This document shows, piece by piece, positions 40,815 to 53,185 of a DNA stretch of 64,000 nt. A model generated the notes under the pieces. The model made no database searches and was not told where the DNA came from. It saw nothing but the letters and a program-made list of their open reading frames with translations. The stretch covers positions 80,912,001 through 80,976,000 of the forward strand of contig NC_086097.1 in assembly GCF_963921235.1 (NCBI RefSeq), read 5' to 3'. Every line of letters starts with the position of its first letter. Positions within the stretch are counted from its first letter, which is position 1. Both the position numbers and the translations under genes were made by a program. This DNA comes from Mobula hypostoma. Lineage: Eukaryota.

Positions 40815-41358
40815 CGAGCAGCATTTTGACCTCTCTGAGTGCATCAGACAAGGGAGAGAAGTTGTATTATAACAGTAATCTTTTGAAGGCTGTACTCAGA
40901 AGATATGAAACAAAAAGAGTAAGAAATACAAAGTCAGCTGTCATGTCTAGAGCCTCTATTAGAGAATAGAATCAACCTGGAGGCATAAACTGGCAGAGCT
41001 ATAGAAGAAGACACTAATTGCCTTTTATTACTTTTTGATAATCCTGAGGTTTAAGAGATCAGGTTCCGTGCGGGCTAGTCATATTTCAATCTTTGCCATG
41101 TCAGATAAAAGAACATTTAATAATTATTGATTTTGTGTACTGCAAATAAACCAAGACAAGAACATAGGTTTTCTCTTGTGGACGAGTGAATATGCTGTGT
41201 TTAAAGCAAGACTTCTATACTCATGGGGCTCCTCATCAGAACCACAGTGTTAAGTGATGAAAAAGAAAGTACCCAACAGGTACTCTGACTCTGTCTCTAT
41301 CTCTACCTGTCTGTCTATCTTCCTCCCCCCAGAAACTGCACCCAACCTGTTTATTATG

Positions 41359-41585
41359 TGTGGTAAACCATATATATGTTGTAACTGGGTTAACTGTCTG
41401 GACACGCCCCTCTGCTGACTGCCCCTGTGGCTCCTCCCACAGTTTCTGTATAAAGGTGTTTCGCCTTGCCCCTCCCCCTCAGTCCAGGGGCAGACACTCA
41501 CCATGGAGGTCGTATTGTACAGCGAATAAAAGCCTTTCAGTATTTTACGCAACTTCAGTCTTTTGGAGTTATTGAAGGTGCTTCA
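41359..41585 (+). mobile_element. Solo LTR (227 bp)
   Basis: TG...CA ends, perfect 5-bp TSD ttatg (41354-41358, 41586-41590), TATAAA at 41449 and AATAAA at 41525. Confidence 0.9.
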
Positions 41586-42404
41586 TTATGTCCAATTTTT
41601 TTTTTCTTACAGGCGTATTCGCAGCATCATCAGGGCTTTACTTTTTGGCCAAAGTATTATATTAAGATGGAGCTTGTTAGTATGCTTGGTACCAGAAGTC
41701 TGACATTTTGAGCCAGATTGAGTTATTTTTGATCTCAGGTTCACATCAGTGCTGCTATTTACTGGGTTGGAGTAAATGACTGGCTTTTACAATAATGGTT
41801 TCAATCATAATAACTATGGTAGAATTATATATACTGCAAGGGTCACATGTTTGAACAGAGGGCTGATGTTTATTTCTTTACACTTAATGCACAATTACAT
41901 GAAAAAGGCCTGGAGAAAGCTTATACAAGAAAGAACCTATTGGAAGTAAACCAGTGGGTACCACTGCACAAATTTTGCTATGTTAAGGCAAAACAGAGAT
42001 TTCAAGAGACTGCTGTGCAATAAGTATTGCTCAAAATTTGTGCATGTGCAGCCTGCATCCATTAATATTTTAATACATCTTCTTATTACTCTTTTAAGAT
42101 GTTTGAAAAGAGCACCCATTCATTTATTCTTCACGTACAGATAATTTGCTATTATCACACCACGGAATTTATTACACCTGTGCTTCGTTTTAAAACTTGA
42201 TGTAAATTACAACTTTGATTTTCTTCCTGTGGAGATTTAACATTTTTAACCTCCTTCCATTGCTTAGAAACTCAGAGTGAGTTTTGTTATGAATTGAATT
42301 TAGTTTTAATGCCTGCTTTACATTTAGCCATCTTATGATCCAGAAACTCACAGATGTTTCACAGAATGGTAGAACGATTTCCCTAGATCTTGTATTCAAT
42401 AAAT

Positions 42405-42965
42405 CAAAGTTCAAAGTTCAAATTATACAACCCTGAGATTCATTTTCATGCAGGCATACTCAATAAATCTACAGAATAATAACCATAACAGACTACTTGA
42501 AAGACTGCACTAACTTGGGCATTCAACCAGTGTGCAAAAGACAACAAACTGTGCAAATACAAAAATAAATAAATAATAAATAAATAAATAAACAATAAAT
42601 ATCAAGAACATGAGACGAAGAGTCCTTGAAAGTGAGTTCATTGGTTGTGGGAAAATTTCAATGATGGGCAAGCGAAGGTCAGTGCAGTCATCCCCTTCGG
42701 TTCAAGAGCCTGATGGTTGAGAGGTAGTAACTGTTCCTGAACTTAGTGTTGCAAGTGCTGAGGCTCCTGTACCTTCCTGATGGAGCAAGAAGCGAGCATG
42801 TCTTGGATGGTAGGGGCCCCTGATGATGGATGCTGCTTTCCTGCGAAGTTTCAAGCAATATGATGGGAAAGCCTTTACCCCTGATGGATTGGGCCATATC
42901 CTCTACATTTTGTAGGATTTTCCATTCAAGGGCATTGGTGTTTCCATATCAGGCTGTGAGGCAGC
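42405..42965 (-). mobile_element. Rex1/Babar 3' end
   Basis: MAQSIRGK..GRYRSLST..KFRNSYYLSTIRLLN. Same tail family as 49117-49535. Confidence 0.8.
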
Positions 42966-42983
42966 GAGTATTAGCATGTATAC

Positions 42984-43648
42984 TCACAACTCGCTGGAGG
43001 AACTCAGCAGGTTGGGCAGCATCCGTGGAAAAGATTGGTCAACGTTTCGGGCCGGAACCCTTCGTCAGGACTGTAGAGAGAAGGGGCAGAGGCCCTATAA
43101 AGAAGGTGGGGGGAGGGTGGGAAGGAGAAGGCTGGTAGGTTCCAGGTGAAAAACCAGTAAGGGGTAAGATAAAGGGGTGGGAGAGGAGAGGCAGGGAGGT
43201 GATAGGCAGGAAAGGTGAAGAAAGAATAGGAGAAAACACAATGGGTAGTAGAAGGAGGTGGAACCATGAGGGAGGTGATAGGCAGCTGGGGGAAGGGGTA
43301 AAGTGACATAGGGATAGGGGAAGGGAGGGGAGGGAATTACTGGAAGTTGGAGAATTCTATGTTCATACTAAGGGGCTGGAGACTACCTAGATGGTATATG
43401 AGGTGTTGCTTCTCACCTTGTTTAGCTAGGTGCCTGATTTAGTGTTTCACCTGGAACTTACCAGCCTTCTCCTTCCTACCCTCGCCCCAGCTTCTTTATA
43501 GGGCCTCTGCCCCTTCCTTCTACAGTCCTGACAAAGGATTCCGGCCTGAAACGTTGACCAATCTTTTCCACGGATGCTGCCCAACCTGCTGAGTTCCTCC
43601 AGCGTGTTGTGAGTGCTTTGACCCCCAGCATCTGCAGATTCTTTTGTG
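42984..43648. mobile_element. Penelope-like insertion with inverted arms
   Basis: About 42982-43151 is the reverse complement of 43445-43614. Flanked by attagcatgta(t/c)ac (42970-42983, 43649-43662). Confidence 0.88.
43036..43073 (-). ncRNA. Minimal type I hammerhead ribozyme motif (Penelope-associated)
   Basis: Minus strand reads caGUC-CUGACGA-a-GGGuuccggCCC-GAAAC-GUU-GACca: intact core boxes, short helix II, palindromic ACGU in place of helix III and a short helix I. Confidence 0.65.
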
Positions 43649-43960
43649 ATTAGCATGTACACATCGTTCATCGAGATTGCATACACGCTAATAGTGAAGC
43701 CTATAGAATCTTGCAATATGAACTGGAATTAATCTTCAATGCTTGATTATACTTTGAAGGAGCGGTCACCTCATTTATCTCTCAATATATAATTAAATTT
43801 GAAATTGTATTTTTCGCAGCTGCAATAACTAATGTTCACTTGCTCTGTACTATTGAGCAAGATCCTGCATCCATTCAGTTTGTGGTCCTCTAATAACCAT
43901 TGGTTACTTGTTGTTTGCTTTTTGGTTCACCTACAACTTGTGTCTTCTTTTTAGGACATA

Positions 43961-46540
43961 TAACATAGAACATACAGCACAGGAAGAGGCCCTTTGGCCC
44001 ATAACGTTGCATCCAACTAAGATAATCCCTTCTGCAATACGATGTCCATATCCTTCCATTTCCCACACATTTACGTGCCCAAGAGCCTCTTGAACATTGC
44101 GATCATATTTGCATCCGTCACCACCCCAGGGATGGTTTTCCCAGCACCCAGCAATCTCCATGTAAAAAAATTTGGCATGTCCCGCACACCTCCTTTCAAC
44201 TTACCCCTTCTCCCCTTAAATGCATCCCCTCTGGTATTAAACATCTCAAGCCTGGGAAAAAGATACTGGCTGTCTACTCTATCTGTTCCCTCATAATCTT
44301 ATAAACCTTGATCAGATCTCCCTTCAGCCTCTGTCTCTCCAGAGAAAACAACACAAGTTTTGCCAACCTCTGCTGGGGATAGCACATGCCCTCTAATCCA
44401 GGCAGCATATTAGTACACCTCTTCTGCACCCTCTCCAAAGCCTCAACATTCTCCTTTAATGAGGTGACCAGAAATCAATGCAATACTTCAGATGTGGCCT
44501 AACCAGAGTTTTATAAAGCTGCAACATAACTTCCTGACTCTTGAACTCACTTCCTTGACAAACAAATGCAAGCATGCCAAATGCCGTCTTTGCTGCCCTG
44601 CTAACCTGTGTAGCCGGTTTTAAAGAGCTTTGGACTTGGACCCTAAGATTAATTTGCACTTCAAAACTGTTAAGGGCATACTGCCTCTTGATATTTGACC
44701 TCCAAAAGTGTAACACTTCCACATTCAGTTACATTAAATTCCATCTACCATCTATCTGCCCATCTTTGTAACTGACCTATATCCTGCTGCATCTCTTGCC
44801 AGTCTTCCATACTATTTACAACACAACCAATCTTCAAGTCATTTGCAAGTTTACTAACTTACCTTTTTATGTTTTCATCCAGGTCATTTATGTACATCAC
44901 AAACAGCTGGGGTCCCAGTACACATCACTGTAGAACATTTCTAGCCACAGACATCCAGCCAGAATAAGTCTCACATTCTACCCTGTATCTTTGATGGGCA
45001 AGCCAATTCTGAATCTAAAATGGCCAATTCACCATTGGTTCATGTAGCTTATTCTTCTAGATGAGCCTCTCATGAGAGACGTTCTCAAACATGGTGCTAA
45101 AATCCATATAGATAACATCCACAACTCTACATTCATCAATCATCTTTACAACCTCTGTGAAAAACTTAATCAAATCCATAAGACACAACATGCCCCTCAC
45201 GAAGCTATGCTAACGATCCCTAATTAGGCCATAGATTTGCAAATGCTTACAAATCTTATCCCTAATAATCCTCTCCAGTAGTTTCCCTACCAACAATATC
45301 TCCTATTTCCAGGATTATTCCATTTGCTCTCTTGAATAATGGAACAACATTAGCTACTTGCCACTCCTCTGGAACCTTGCCTGCAGCTAGAGAGTACACA
45401 AAGATACTGATTAAGACCTCAGCAATTTCATCTCTTGCCTCTCTCAATAACATGGAGCATCCCAACTGGCCCTGGGGACTTAATCACCTTAATATTCTTT
45501 AAGAGATCAATACTAGTTCCTTATTTTTTTTCCCCAAAATGTCCTAGCAAATTAGTATGCTCCACATTCTTCTCTTTAGAAAATGCAGATACAAACTACT
45601 TTTTCAGGACCTCATAATCACATGCTCCATCTCTAAGCACATGTTCCCTCCTTAGTCCTTGAGTGGTTCTAGACTCTCTGTAGTTATCCTCTTGCTCTTG
45701 ATGTACATATAGAATGTCTTGAGATTATCTTTAATCCTGCTTGCCAAGGACTTTTCATGCCCCTTCTGGCTTTCCCGATTCCCTTCTTGAATTATTTTCT
45801 GGATTCTTTATAATACTCAAGGGCTCTGTTTGATCTTAGCTCCCTAAACTTTATATATGTTCCTTTTTCCTTCTTGACTAAATTCACCACCTGTCTGAAC
45901 ATCTAAGGTTCTCTGCCTTGCTGTCCTTGTCCTTTCCACTTACTGAAACATACCTGCCCTGTGCTCTCTGCAGTTAGTCATTAAACATCCTCCCATAGGT
46001 ACTGCTTAATACTCAGGTAATTTGGCCTGTTTCAGTTCAGTATTTATCTGCAAGGTCGATACTTAACTTTACCTATAGGATCTTAAAACTTAAGGAGTTG
46101 TGGTTACTGTTCTCTAATTGTTCTCCCACGGAGAGATCAGTTACCAGGCCAGGTTCATTACCCAACACCAAGTCCTTCATGGCTCCTCCTGTTGGACTAT
46201 CTGCATATTGACTTAAGAAATCCTCCTGAATGTGTCTAACAAATGTTCTTGGATGCATCTAACAAATTCTGCCCAATCTAAACCTCTTGCACTAGGAAGG
46301 TCCCAGTCTATATTGAGGAAATTAAAGTCCCTTGCTTAAGATTAGGGTCACCTACCCCTAATCTGCCTCAATGTCTTAATGGCTACTGGGGGGGGGGGGG
46401 CCTCTATAGCATAATCCCATCAGAGTGATTGCATCTTCCTTGTTTTGAGTTCTACCCAATAGACACAGTGGATGAGCCCTCCATTATGTTCCCTCTGAAT
46501 GCAGCTATGATATTCTCTCTGAATAATAGTGCAAATTCAC
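43961..46540 (-). mobile_element. Degenerate CR1 LINE (endonuclease to 3' end)
   Basis: DLVLGNEPGLVTDLSVGEQL, VPEEWQVANVVPLFK and LQLYKTLVRPHLKYCIDFWSPH. Confidence 0.9.
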
Positions 46541-46807
46541 CACACCCCCAAACATCCCAGACCATTACCATACAACTATCAAAGATACCTGCTGAGTCAC
46601 TCCCATCCACACTTTGGTCACCAGGCCATGTTCCTACTCGCTGTATACAACCAGAAGCTGAAATAGGAGAATCCAGTACAGAAAGTTGTACAGCTAAGTT
46701 TCTACGAGGTTGTTTTGAGTCAGCAGACTAGTCGATGTTTAATGATTAAATGAGCATGTCTCTACCATGGTAGACTTTATCTGCAAGTGTGTTCAGGACT
46801 GTGTACC

Positions 46808-47344
46808 TGTCCTCTGGGGGTATACTTAATTCTGTTCAAAAGCTGCTTCCGTTGTGCTGTTTGGTTCATTTGAAGTTTCCCATTGGATGGCTTATGGGCT
46901 CCTCGGAGCCCAACTCTGGTTCCAGGCACCCTGTGGGTATAAAAGACAGCAAGTGCAGAGGGTTCGCCCTCTTTCTTTCCTGTTACCCATGGAGCTGAAA
47001 TCGCGACCAGTCCTGAAGGACTACTGAGAAAGGGCAGAGCAGACATAGACGCAACCACCCCATCCCCACCCCCCACGGATTGTTTGTTTAGGTATCTGCT
47101 TATAGCATATCTACTTCTTGAGTTTTATAAATTGGGGAGGTTTAGCAGAGTATCTGCTCATTTAAAGGTTAGTTGAATGTACGATGTAGCGGTTTTGGGT
47201 AGTTTAGACAAATACTTGTTTATCTAGGTGCCTGATTTAGTGTTTCACTGTTCGTTTCTTAAATAAATACCTCACACACTCAATTTTACATCTGTGTCTC
47301 CTGTTTCACTCATTGGGTCCTTGAACCCGGTCTCCCATGTTACA
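46808..47344 (+). mobile_element. Solo LTR (537 bp)
   Basis: TGT...ACA ends, TSD gtacc/ctacc, TATAAAA at 46938 and AATAAA at 47262. Cleanly interrupts the Rex1 reading. Confidence 0.8.
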
Positions 47345-47605
47345 CTACCGTAGAACAATCCAGAATCCATGGATGAACTGGGAGAATCACTCACTTTTAA
47401 AGTCAAGGAATACAGCATTCAAATCAGGTAACCCTGAGCTTTATAAGAAATCAAGCTCAGCCCCCCGATCACATTCTTTACAAAAAAAGCTATCGGCAGT
47501 GCTAAGAGTCCAGCCATCATCTGTGGCAGGGCTTACAAACTTTATTAGATTACAAAATGAAGCTAGGCATCAATGTCGACAACAGCAAACCCCTTAAATT
47601 ATTAC

Positions 47606-48815
47606 AAACACAAGAAAATCTGCAGAATGCTGGAAATCAAAGCAACACACACACAAAGTGCAGCAGGCCAGGCAGCATCTAAACAGCTGACATTTCAGAC
47701 CAAGACCCCTCATTAGGCTCATTAGGATTGGAAAAAAAGTCAGAGGGGAGAAAGAATAACAAGTTGGTAGGTGATAGGTGAAACCCGCAGAGAGGGAGGG
47801 GTGAAGTAAAGAGCTAGGAAGTCAACTGGTGACAGAGATAAAGGGCTGGAGAAGGGGAAATCTGATAGGAGAGGAGGGAAGAGCACAGAAGAAAGGGAAC
47901 GGAGAAGAACACCAGAGGAAGGTGATGGTCAGGTAAGAAGATAAGGTGAGAGAGAGAAATAGGAATGGGGAATAGTGAAGGGTTGGGGGGGGGAATTACT
48001 GGACGTTTGAGAAATCAATGCTCATGCCATCAGGTTGGAGGCTATCGAGAACATAAGGTGTTACTCTTCCAACCTGAGTGTGGCCTCATCGTGGCAGTAG
48101 AGAAGGCCATGGATGGAAATGTGAAAAAGGCAATGAGAAGTAGAAATAGAAATGGGTGGCCACTGGGAGATCCAGCTTTTCTGGCAGATGGAGCATAGGT
48201 GCTTGGCAGAATGGTCTCCCAATCTATGCCAGGTCTCACCAGTATACAGGAGGACATACTGGGAGCACTGGATACAGTAGATGACCCCAACAGACTCACA
48301 GGTGAAGTGTCGCCTCATCTGGAAGGACTGTTTGGGGCCCTGAATGGAAGTGAGGGAGGTGGTGTAGGGGCAGGTGGAGCTCTTGTTCCGCTTGCAAGGA
48401 AAAGTGCCAGGAGGGAAATCAGTGGGGAGGGACGAAGGACAAGGAAGCGACCCCTGCGAAAGCAGCAGGTAGTGGGTGGGAAGGAAAGATGTGCTTGGTG
48501 GGTGGGATCATATTGGAGATGGTGGAATTTACGGAGAATTATGTGCTGGATGCAGAGCCTGTTGGGGTGGTAGGTGAGGACAAGAGGAACCCTATTCCTG
48601 GTGGGGTGGTGGGTGGATGGGGTGAGGGGAATCGTGCGAGAAACGGAATAGATGTGGGTGCAGGCAGCGTTGATGGTGGAGGAAGGATAGGCTCTTTCTT
48701 TGAAGAAGCAGGACATTTCACTCATTCCAGAATGAAGAGCTTCATACTGACAGCAGTTGTGGTGGAGGTGGAAGAACTGAGAGAAGGTGATGACACTTTC
48801 ACAAGTGACAGAGTC
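47606..48815 (-). mobile_element. Penelope-like element: RT C-terminus, GIY-YIG endonuclease and terminal repeat
   Basis: MSCFFKERAYPSSTINAA..RVPLVLTYHP..IQHIILRKFHHLQ and FTCESVGVIYCIQCSQYVLLYTGETWHRLGDH. Confidence 0.92.
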
Positions 48816-49116
48816 ATGGATAGGTAGAGTATAATGATAGGCAGACTGTCAGGATAGGTTGCAATACTATTGTCATGATTATTCTAAAAACTGTTGCTCT
48901 ACAAGGTTGCATCCTTAGCCCCACCCTATTTTGTACTGTACACGTAAATTGAAAATTTCAATTATACCACACAGTTTGAAAGAATGTTTAAATGGACATA
49001 TTGTAAAAATGATCTTTATGCACTTTATCTCATATTTACTAAATCTTTACTAAATCCTGACTGCGTGGCCAAATTCTGCTCTATCTCCATCAGTAAGTTT
49101 ACAGATGATACCATTG

Positions 49117-49535
49117 TACAAAGTAACTCTTATTATCAATGTACATATATGTCACCGTATATAACCCTAAGATTCATTTTCCTGCAGACATACTCAACAG
49201 ATCTATAGAATAGCAACTATAGCAGAGTCATTGAATGACTGCCAAACTAAAGCTTTCAACTAGAGTGCAGAAGAGAACAAACTGCAAATGCAAAACTAAT
49301 AAACAATAACATAAACAAATAGGCAATAAATATCGAGAACATGAGATGAAGAGTCCTTGAAAGTGAGTCCATTGGTTGTGGGAACATTTCAATGATGGGG
49401 CAAGTGAAGTTGAGTGAAGTTATCCACTTTGTTCAAGAGCCTGAAGATTGAGGGGTGATAACTGTTCCTAAACTTTCTGGTGTAATTCCTAAGGCTCTTG
49501 TACATTCTTTCTGATGGCAGCAGTGATAAAAGACC
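49117..49535 (-). mobile_element. Rex1/Babar 3' end
   Basis: Closely matches 42405-42790. Confidence 0.8.
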
Positions 49536-51156
49536 TGTAGTGGGCCATATCTCAAATAATGATGATTTGGAGTACAGGAAGAAGATAGGCAGCTTAGTGA
49601 CTTGTATTAGAATATCAACAATTCCTCAATGTCAACAGAACAAAAGAGCTGGTCATTGACTTCAGAAAAGGGGGCAGTGCACATGCTCCTGTTAGAAATT
49701 ACCATGGCCCATATGAGCTGTTTTTAAAATGCCCTCCCTTACAAAGATTTTTTATTACGTTCAAAAGTTTTTGGCAGCAGCAAAGCTAACGACAAATGCT
49801 AGGGAATTCTGCTGGCTGTGGTAGGTTCAGAATCCACCATCTGAGGCCTTGAGACCATCAGCAATTCCATTCTACTTACACATTAATTCATGAAAATATA
49901 GCAGTTCTAATATCTTCATCAAGAACATGATAGGTACATCCACCCAACAGGCCCAAGCTGTTGAATAATTTTCACTATATCAGATCATTTAAATTTGCTT
50001 TCTTCTGTCTTGCAGGTTGATGATATGATTTACAACTGTTCCTTCAATTGCATCTGTTTCTAATTTAGTCACAGATCTCTTCTGTGGCACTTAATCAACT
50101 GCTTTTGGAAAGTCAAAAATCTCATCATAACCTCTATCCGTCAATTTGGTTACAACCACAAAGGACTGAAAGCAATTTATTGGGTACAGGTTCTTTTTCA
50201 TAAACTAATACAGCTTGGAATTATTTCCTTTGTGTTTATAGAATCACTTTGAATTGCTTATTTCATAATAGGCAGAAGCAATTATTTAGATTCCCGTCTA
50301 TAATTTCCATAAATTATAGAGAGAACGATAGTAGTAATATGCACTATTTTGCAGGGCTTATGGTTTCATCCATAAATTCTACTTACGATGAAATTATCCT
50401 ACTTTGTTTTTACAATAACTTTGTTTAATCGACTTGGACATATACCATTTGGTCTTGGTGTTCCTGAAACAGTTAAGCACTAGTACAATTCTATTACCTT
50501 TCAAATGATCAGAAAGGGGATGTTACTCGTTTCCAAAGCAGTTGAATGGCAACTTGAAAAACATGAACGACAAATATAGTATGAAAATATTGATAGACAT
50601 GGCGTCAGAGGGTGGAGGTGTCACCATGGCTTTAAAACCGGAATGGATGAATGGGCTAAAATGAACATTTCTTTTATTCAAGTTAATTGGATAAAAGTAC
50701 CAAAATCTATAGCAAAAACAAAGGCTATACGGCCACATAAAATCCATTTTCCCCTGTAGGTTTTTGATTAATTCCTTCAAGTTTGTAACTTCCAAACAGA
50801 ACTAGGACCATAATCACAGGATTATGTTAAAAGCTTTTAGAGGAAACAGAAAACTTCCATAAAATTAATGGAAACATGGTCAAATGTTCAAGTACAAGCT
50901 CCCCACCCATTTTCCCACAACCACATCCTCTGAGAGATGGCAACACATAAGCATGACCATGTAAGTGAAGTGGATTGGGGTTTACATAAGGCTGTGAATT
51001 TGGAACCACTTTTCTAGATCTGATCACATCAGGATATGGAGATTGACATAAGTAATATGCCGATTGTAGAAATGAGACTGCTGGCCAAAACTGATTGGTG
51101 CATTGTTCAATAATTAAAATACATCGTAGAGGTGCCAACCTGACCTAGTCCCATTA

Positions 51157-52467
51157 TACTTATACTTTATTGTCACCAAACAATTGATACTAGAACTTAC
51201 AATCATCATAGCGATATTTGATTCTGCACTTCTCGCTCCCTGGATTACAAATCAATAGTAAATATTAAAAATTTAAATTATAAATCATAATTAGAAAACA
51301 GAAAATGGAAAGTAAGGTAGTGCAAAAAAAAAACCGAGATGCCGGTCCGGATATTTAGCAGGTACGGCCCAGATCCGCGTCAGGATCCGTTCAGCAGTCT
51401 TATCACAGTTGGAAAGAAGCTGTTCCCAAATCTGGCTGCACGAGTCTTCAAGCTCCTGAGCCTTCTCCCGGAGGGAAGAGGGACGAAAAGTGTGTTGGCT
51501 GGGTGGGTCGTGTCTTTGATTATCCTGGCAGCACTGCTTTGACAGCATGCGCTGTAAAGTGAGTCCACGGACGGAAGATTGGTTTGTGTGATGTGCTGCG
51601 CCGTGTTCCCGATCTTCTGCAGCTTCTTCCAGTCTTGGACAGGAGAACTTCCATTCCAGGTTGCGATGCACCCTAGAAGAATGCTTTCTACGGTGCATCT
51701 ATAAAAATTAGTGAGGATTTTAGGGGACAGGCCAAATTTCTTTAGCTTTCTCAGGAAGTAGAGGCGCTGGTGGGCCTTCTTGGCAGTGGACTCTGCTTGG
51801 TTGGACTAAGTCAGGTCATTTGTGATATTGACCCCAAGGAACTTAAAGCTTTTGACCTGTTCCACTTGCGCACCACCGATGTAAATTGGGTCGTGTGGTC
51901 CCGCTACTCCTTCTGAAGTCAACAAGCAATTCCTTCGTCTTGCTGACGTTGAGGGATAGGCTGTTGTCTTCACACCATGCTACCAGATTCTTAATTTCCT
52001 CTCTGTACTCAAACTCATCATTACCCGAGATACAGCCTACAATTGTTGTGTCATTAGCAAACTTATATATTGAGTTCGATGGAAACTGGGCTAAACAATC
52101 ATGGGTGTACAGTGAGTACAGCAGGGGGCTGAGTTCACAGCCTTGTTTTAGGGAGGTCACGGTGTCAAAAGTAGTGTCGTGTTGGACGAAGGAAATGGAT
52201 GAGGTCCTCCGTGACTGCTTTGAATCATTGGACTGGTTAGTACTCAAGAATTCGGCAGCTAACCTCGATGAGTATGCCTCAGCTGTCACGGACTTTATTT
52301 GGAAATGCACAGAGGACTGTGTGTCTCGCAAGATGATCCCAGTATTCCCCAACTGGAAACCTTGGATGAATTATGAGGTCAAGTCCCTTTCAAAGGCTAG
52401 AGCTGCGGCTTTTAGGTCCAGGGATACCAGTCACTACACGGAATCCAAGCATGAACTTTAAAGCTTT
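51157..52467 (-). mobile_element. Rex1/Babar LINE with inverted 5' segment, inserted in a CR1 tail
   Basis: Minus strand: QGCELSPLLYSLYTHDC..KFANDTTIVG..LNVSKTKELLVDFRR through the tail. About 52148-52458 is on the plus strand (LRDCFESLDW..KPWMNYEVK). TSD ccatta (51151-51156, 52468-52473). Confidence 0.88.
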
Positions 52468-52473
52468 CCATTA

Positions 52474-53185
52474 GCCTGCATTTGCCCCATATCCTGCTAA
52501 ACCTTTCCTTGTAATTGACTATCTTTTAAACATTGTATCTGTACCCATCTTCTTCTGGAATCTTATTCCACATACTCACCATTTAATGTGAAAAAGATGT
52601 ATTTCAGTTTCCATTTAACTCTTTCCCCTCTCACTTTAAATCTATGCCCTCTAGCTTGAGGCTCCTCCGCTCTGGGAAAAGATATGAACATCCATCTCAT
52701 CTATGCTCTTTATGATTTTACGCAACAAGTCAACAAATCTCATGACACTTGCCCTTGATATTAAACCTGGTTCTGATTCCCCAGCCCATTCAGTCTCTCC
52801 TCTTTACACATGGCATCCAGTCCTGGTAGTATCGTTATAAATCGCTACTGCATCCTTTTGAGCTTAGTGACATCCTTGCTATAAGTTTGGCGACTACAAC
52901 TGGTTGCAAAGGCAGCCTTATGTAAACTCTAATTTATCTCATCACATGGTCGTACTCCAAGTGTGGTCTCACCACCAGCTTGTACATTTATAACAGGGTG
53001 TCCCAACTCCTGGACTCAATGTTGCCAAAGGCAAATGTGTCATTTATCTCCTTCACCTCTCTGACTTCCTATGTCACCACCTTCTGGGAACTCTGTACTT
53101 GTACCCCTAGGTCTCTCTGCTCTTCAATGCTCTCCAAGGCCCTGCTATTTACTGTGCAAGACCTGCCCTGACTCATTTTACCAAA
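52474..53185 (-). mobile_element. CR1 LINE 3' fragment
   Basis: Continues the CR1 tail begun at about 51130 (gcctgcatttgccccatatcc..). ORF2-end motifs present. Confidence 0.75.

Larger units (their letters stand above)
46590..49700 (+). mobile_element. Old Rex1/Babar ORF remnant broken by several later insertions
   Basis: LRGCFESAD..VDFICKCVQDCVP|..PWMNWE..FKSGNPELYKK, then QGCILSPTL|DCVAKFCSISISKFTDDT|VVGHISNNDDLEYR. Confidence 0.8.

Noticed and set aside
51843..52461. Overlapping 169-aa and 191-aa ORFs on opposite strands
   Set aside because: Artefact of the LINE inversion; each is part real ORF and part antisense read-through.
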